Notes under the pieces: model-generated
Told to the model about the DNA's origin: nothing
The model's input: only the letters and a program-made list of their open reading frames with translations
Databases searched by the model: none
Position numbers and translations under genes: made by a program
From: Deltaproteobacteria bacterium TL4
Lineage (GTDB): Bacteria; SAR324; NAC60-12
Direction of reading: 5' to 3'
Assembly: GCA_051382335.1 (NCBI GenBank)
Contig: JBBCAX010000386.1
Coordinates: 1 to 23,234 of the forward strand
DNA: 23,234 nt
Part shown: positions 20,485 through 23,234 of the stretch, piece by piece
Position numbering within the stretch: position 1 is the first letter of the stretch
Layout of the letters: every line of letters begins with the position of its first letter

Positions 20485-20851
20485 AATAACCTCTATCAAC
20501 TAGTGTAATATTAAATTTATTAACAACAAACAGACCACATGTCTCAATGGTAAACATCATACGACAAAGTGAAATAAAAAAAAGTATTACTTTTTAACCA
20601 ACAGCGTCAACTTTTCAACGCAAATTTCAAAAGAGCGCAAAAAAGTTTTTACTTAAAAACTTGAGAGCTACACGCTCTCAGTCGCTATTTTTCAGAGGAA
20701 GCAGTATTTGAACCATATCACACAACCACAAAAAAAAAGTCATTTACACGCAGGGTGCCCCTTGTTGCGAGTTCTTTCTTTCCGGCTTCTGGATCTGAGG
20801 CGGGACTGTGTTGATAAAAAGAAACGGTCTCAATTCTTCCTCTGAAAGATT

Positions 20852-20867
20852 TGGGCGGAATTTTGCT
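20852..20867 (+). promoter_or_regulatory. Possible sigma54 (-24/-12) promoter for the 604-aa gene
   Basis: TGGGCGGAATTTTGCT has GG-N10-GC spacing with TTGCT; deviates from the TGGCAC consensus. Confidence 0.3.
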
Positions 20868-20967
20868 TGGGTAACGAGGTGAACCCTCCCCAAACACAAA
20901 ATTTAGAAAATATTGAGTTTATTGTCCTCATAATTTCAGAACATCTATTATTGCTCAGTCCAATTTG

Positions 20968-22779
<1,812 letters not shown>

Positions 22780-22816
22780 TCCCTCAGGCCTCTTTCATTA
22801 GACATCTTTCCAAAAT

Positions 22817-22837
22817 AAACCTGGATTTTTCGGGTTT
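22817..22837 (+). terminator. Small hairpin after the 604-aa gene
   Basis: AAACCTGGA-TTT-TTCGGGTTT, 9 bp including two G-U pairs; 37 nt after the stop. Confidence 0.35.
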
Positions 22838-23234
22838 GCTGGCATCCTCCTCCTTTACAGTTTTTTAGAATTTCAAATACATTGTACCGGCTCTTTACAG
22901 TCTTTTTTAAATGGACATTTTGTATCCCGCTATTTATCAGGCTTTGCAGGGTTTTTGTGGTTTTAAAATGTCCAATTAATTACACAATAAAATCAGATCA
23001 CTAGAAAAAGACTGTTGAGATCCCGTTGTAAGGAGGACAAATAAGCTGCTTTGATCAACTGAGAACCCAAAAACCTGAGAAATTTACACGCGAAACAGGG
23101 ATCCCTTTGAAAAAATTCAAAAACCTGCGCAAAGCGTCACCACTATTACTTAATAAGTGAACAGGTCTTAAAAAAAGACGCAAGGAAGAAAAAGAAAAAC
23201 CGTTTGGAGGCTCAGCAAGGGACAGCGTCCAAAA

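Noticed and set aside
22848..23037. 6S RNA interpretation of the ~190-nt rod-like structure
   Set aside because: Length fits, but the bulges are staggered rather than forming a symmetric central bubble, and the usual zapA/ygfA context is absent. Kept only as an unclassified structure.
22780..23234. CRISPR array or replication origin
   Set aside because: No regularly spaced 23-47 bp repeats and no DnaA boxes (TTATCCACA) seen.

Overview
Bacterial chromosomal window of about 40-45% GC (estimated by eye). The split atp operon and general gene style suggest a deltaproteobacteria-like lineage such as SAR324, but this is inference only. Left part (1-4.8 kb): a PilZ-domain gene that may be truncated, a DUF1302-like outer-membrane barrel paired with a LolA-like 'lipoprotein-sorting' protein, a uracil-DNA-glycosylase-superfamily gene and two hypotheticals. 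Middle part (5-14.8 kb): housekeeping and energy genes atpF'-F-H-A-G-D-C (no atpB/E), ispF, acylphosphatase, a K+-dependent plant-type membrane pyrophosphatase and tRNA-Ile2(CAT). The pyrophosphatase has a D-to-G change in its catalytic DVGADLVGKVE motif and a long structured leader. Right part (14.9-23.2 kb) is the most interesting. It holds an atypical chaperone-usher-like fimbrial operon with three DUF4402-like pilin subunits, a chaperone and a divergent usher. Divergent from it is a secreted protein with a perfect (CCAGAA)11 Pro-Glu linker and a C-terminal small beta-barrel. The window ends with about 450 nt of non-coding DNA rich in nested inverted repeats.
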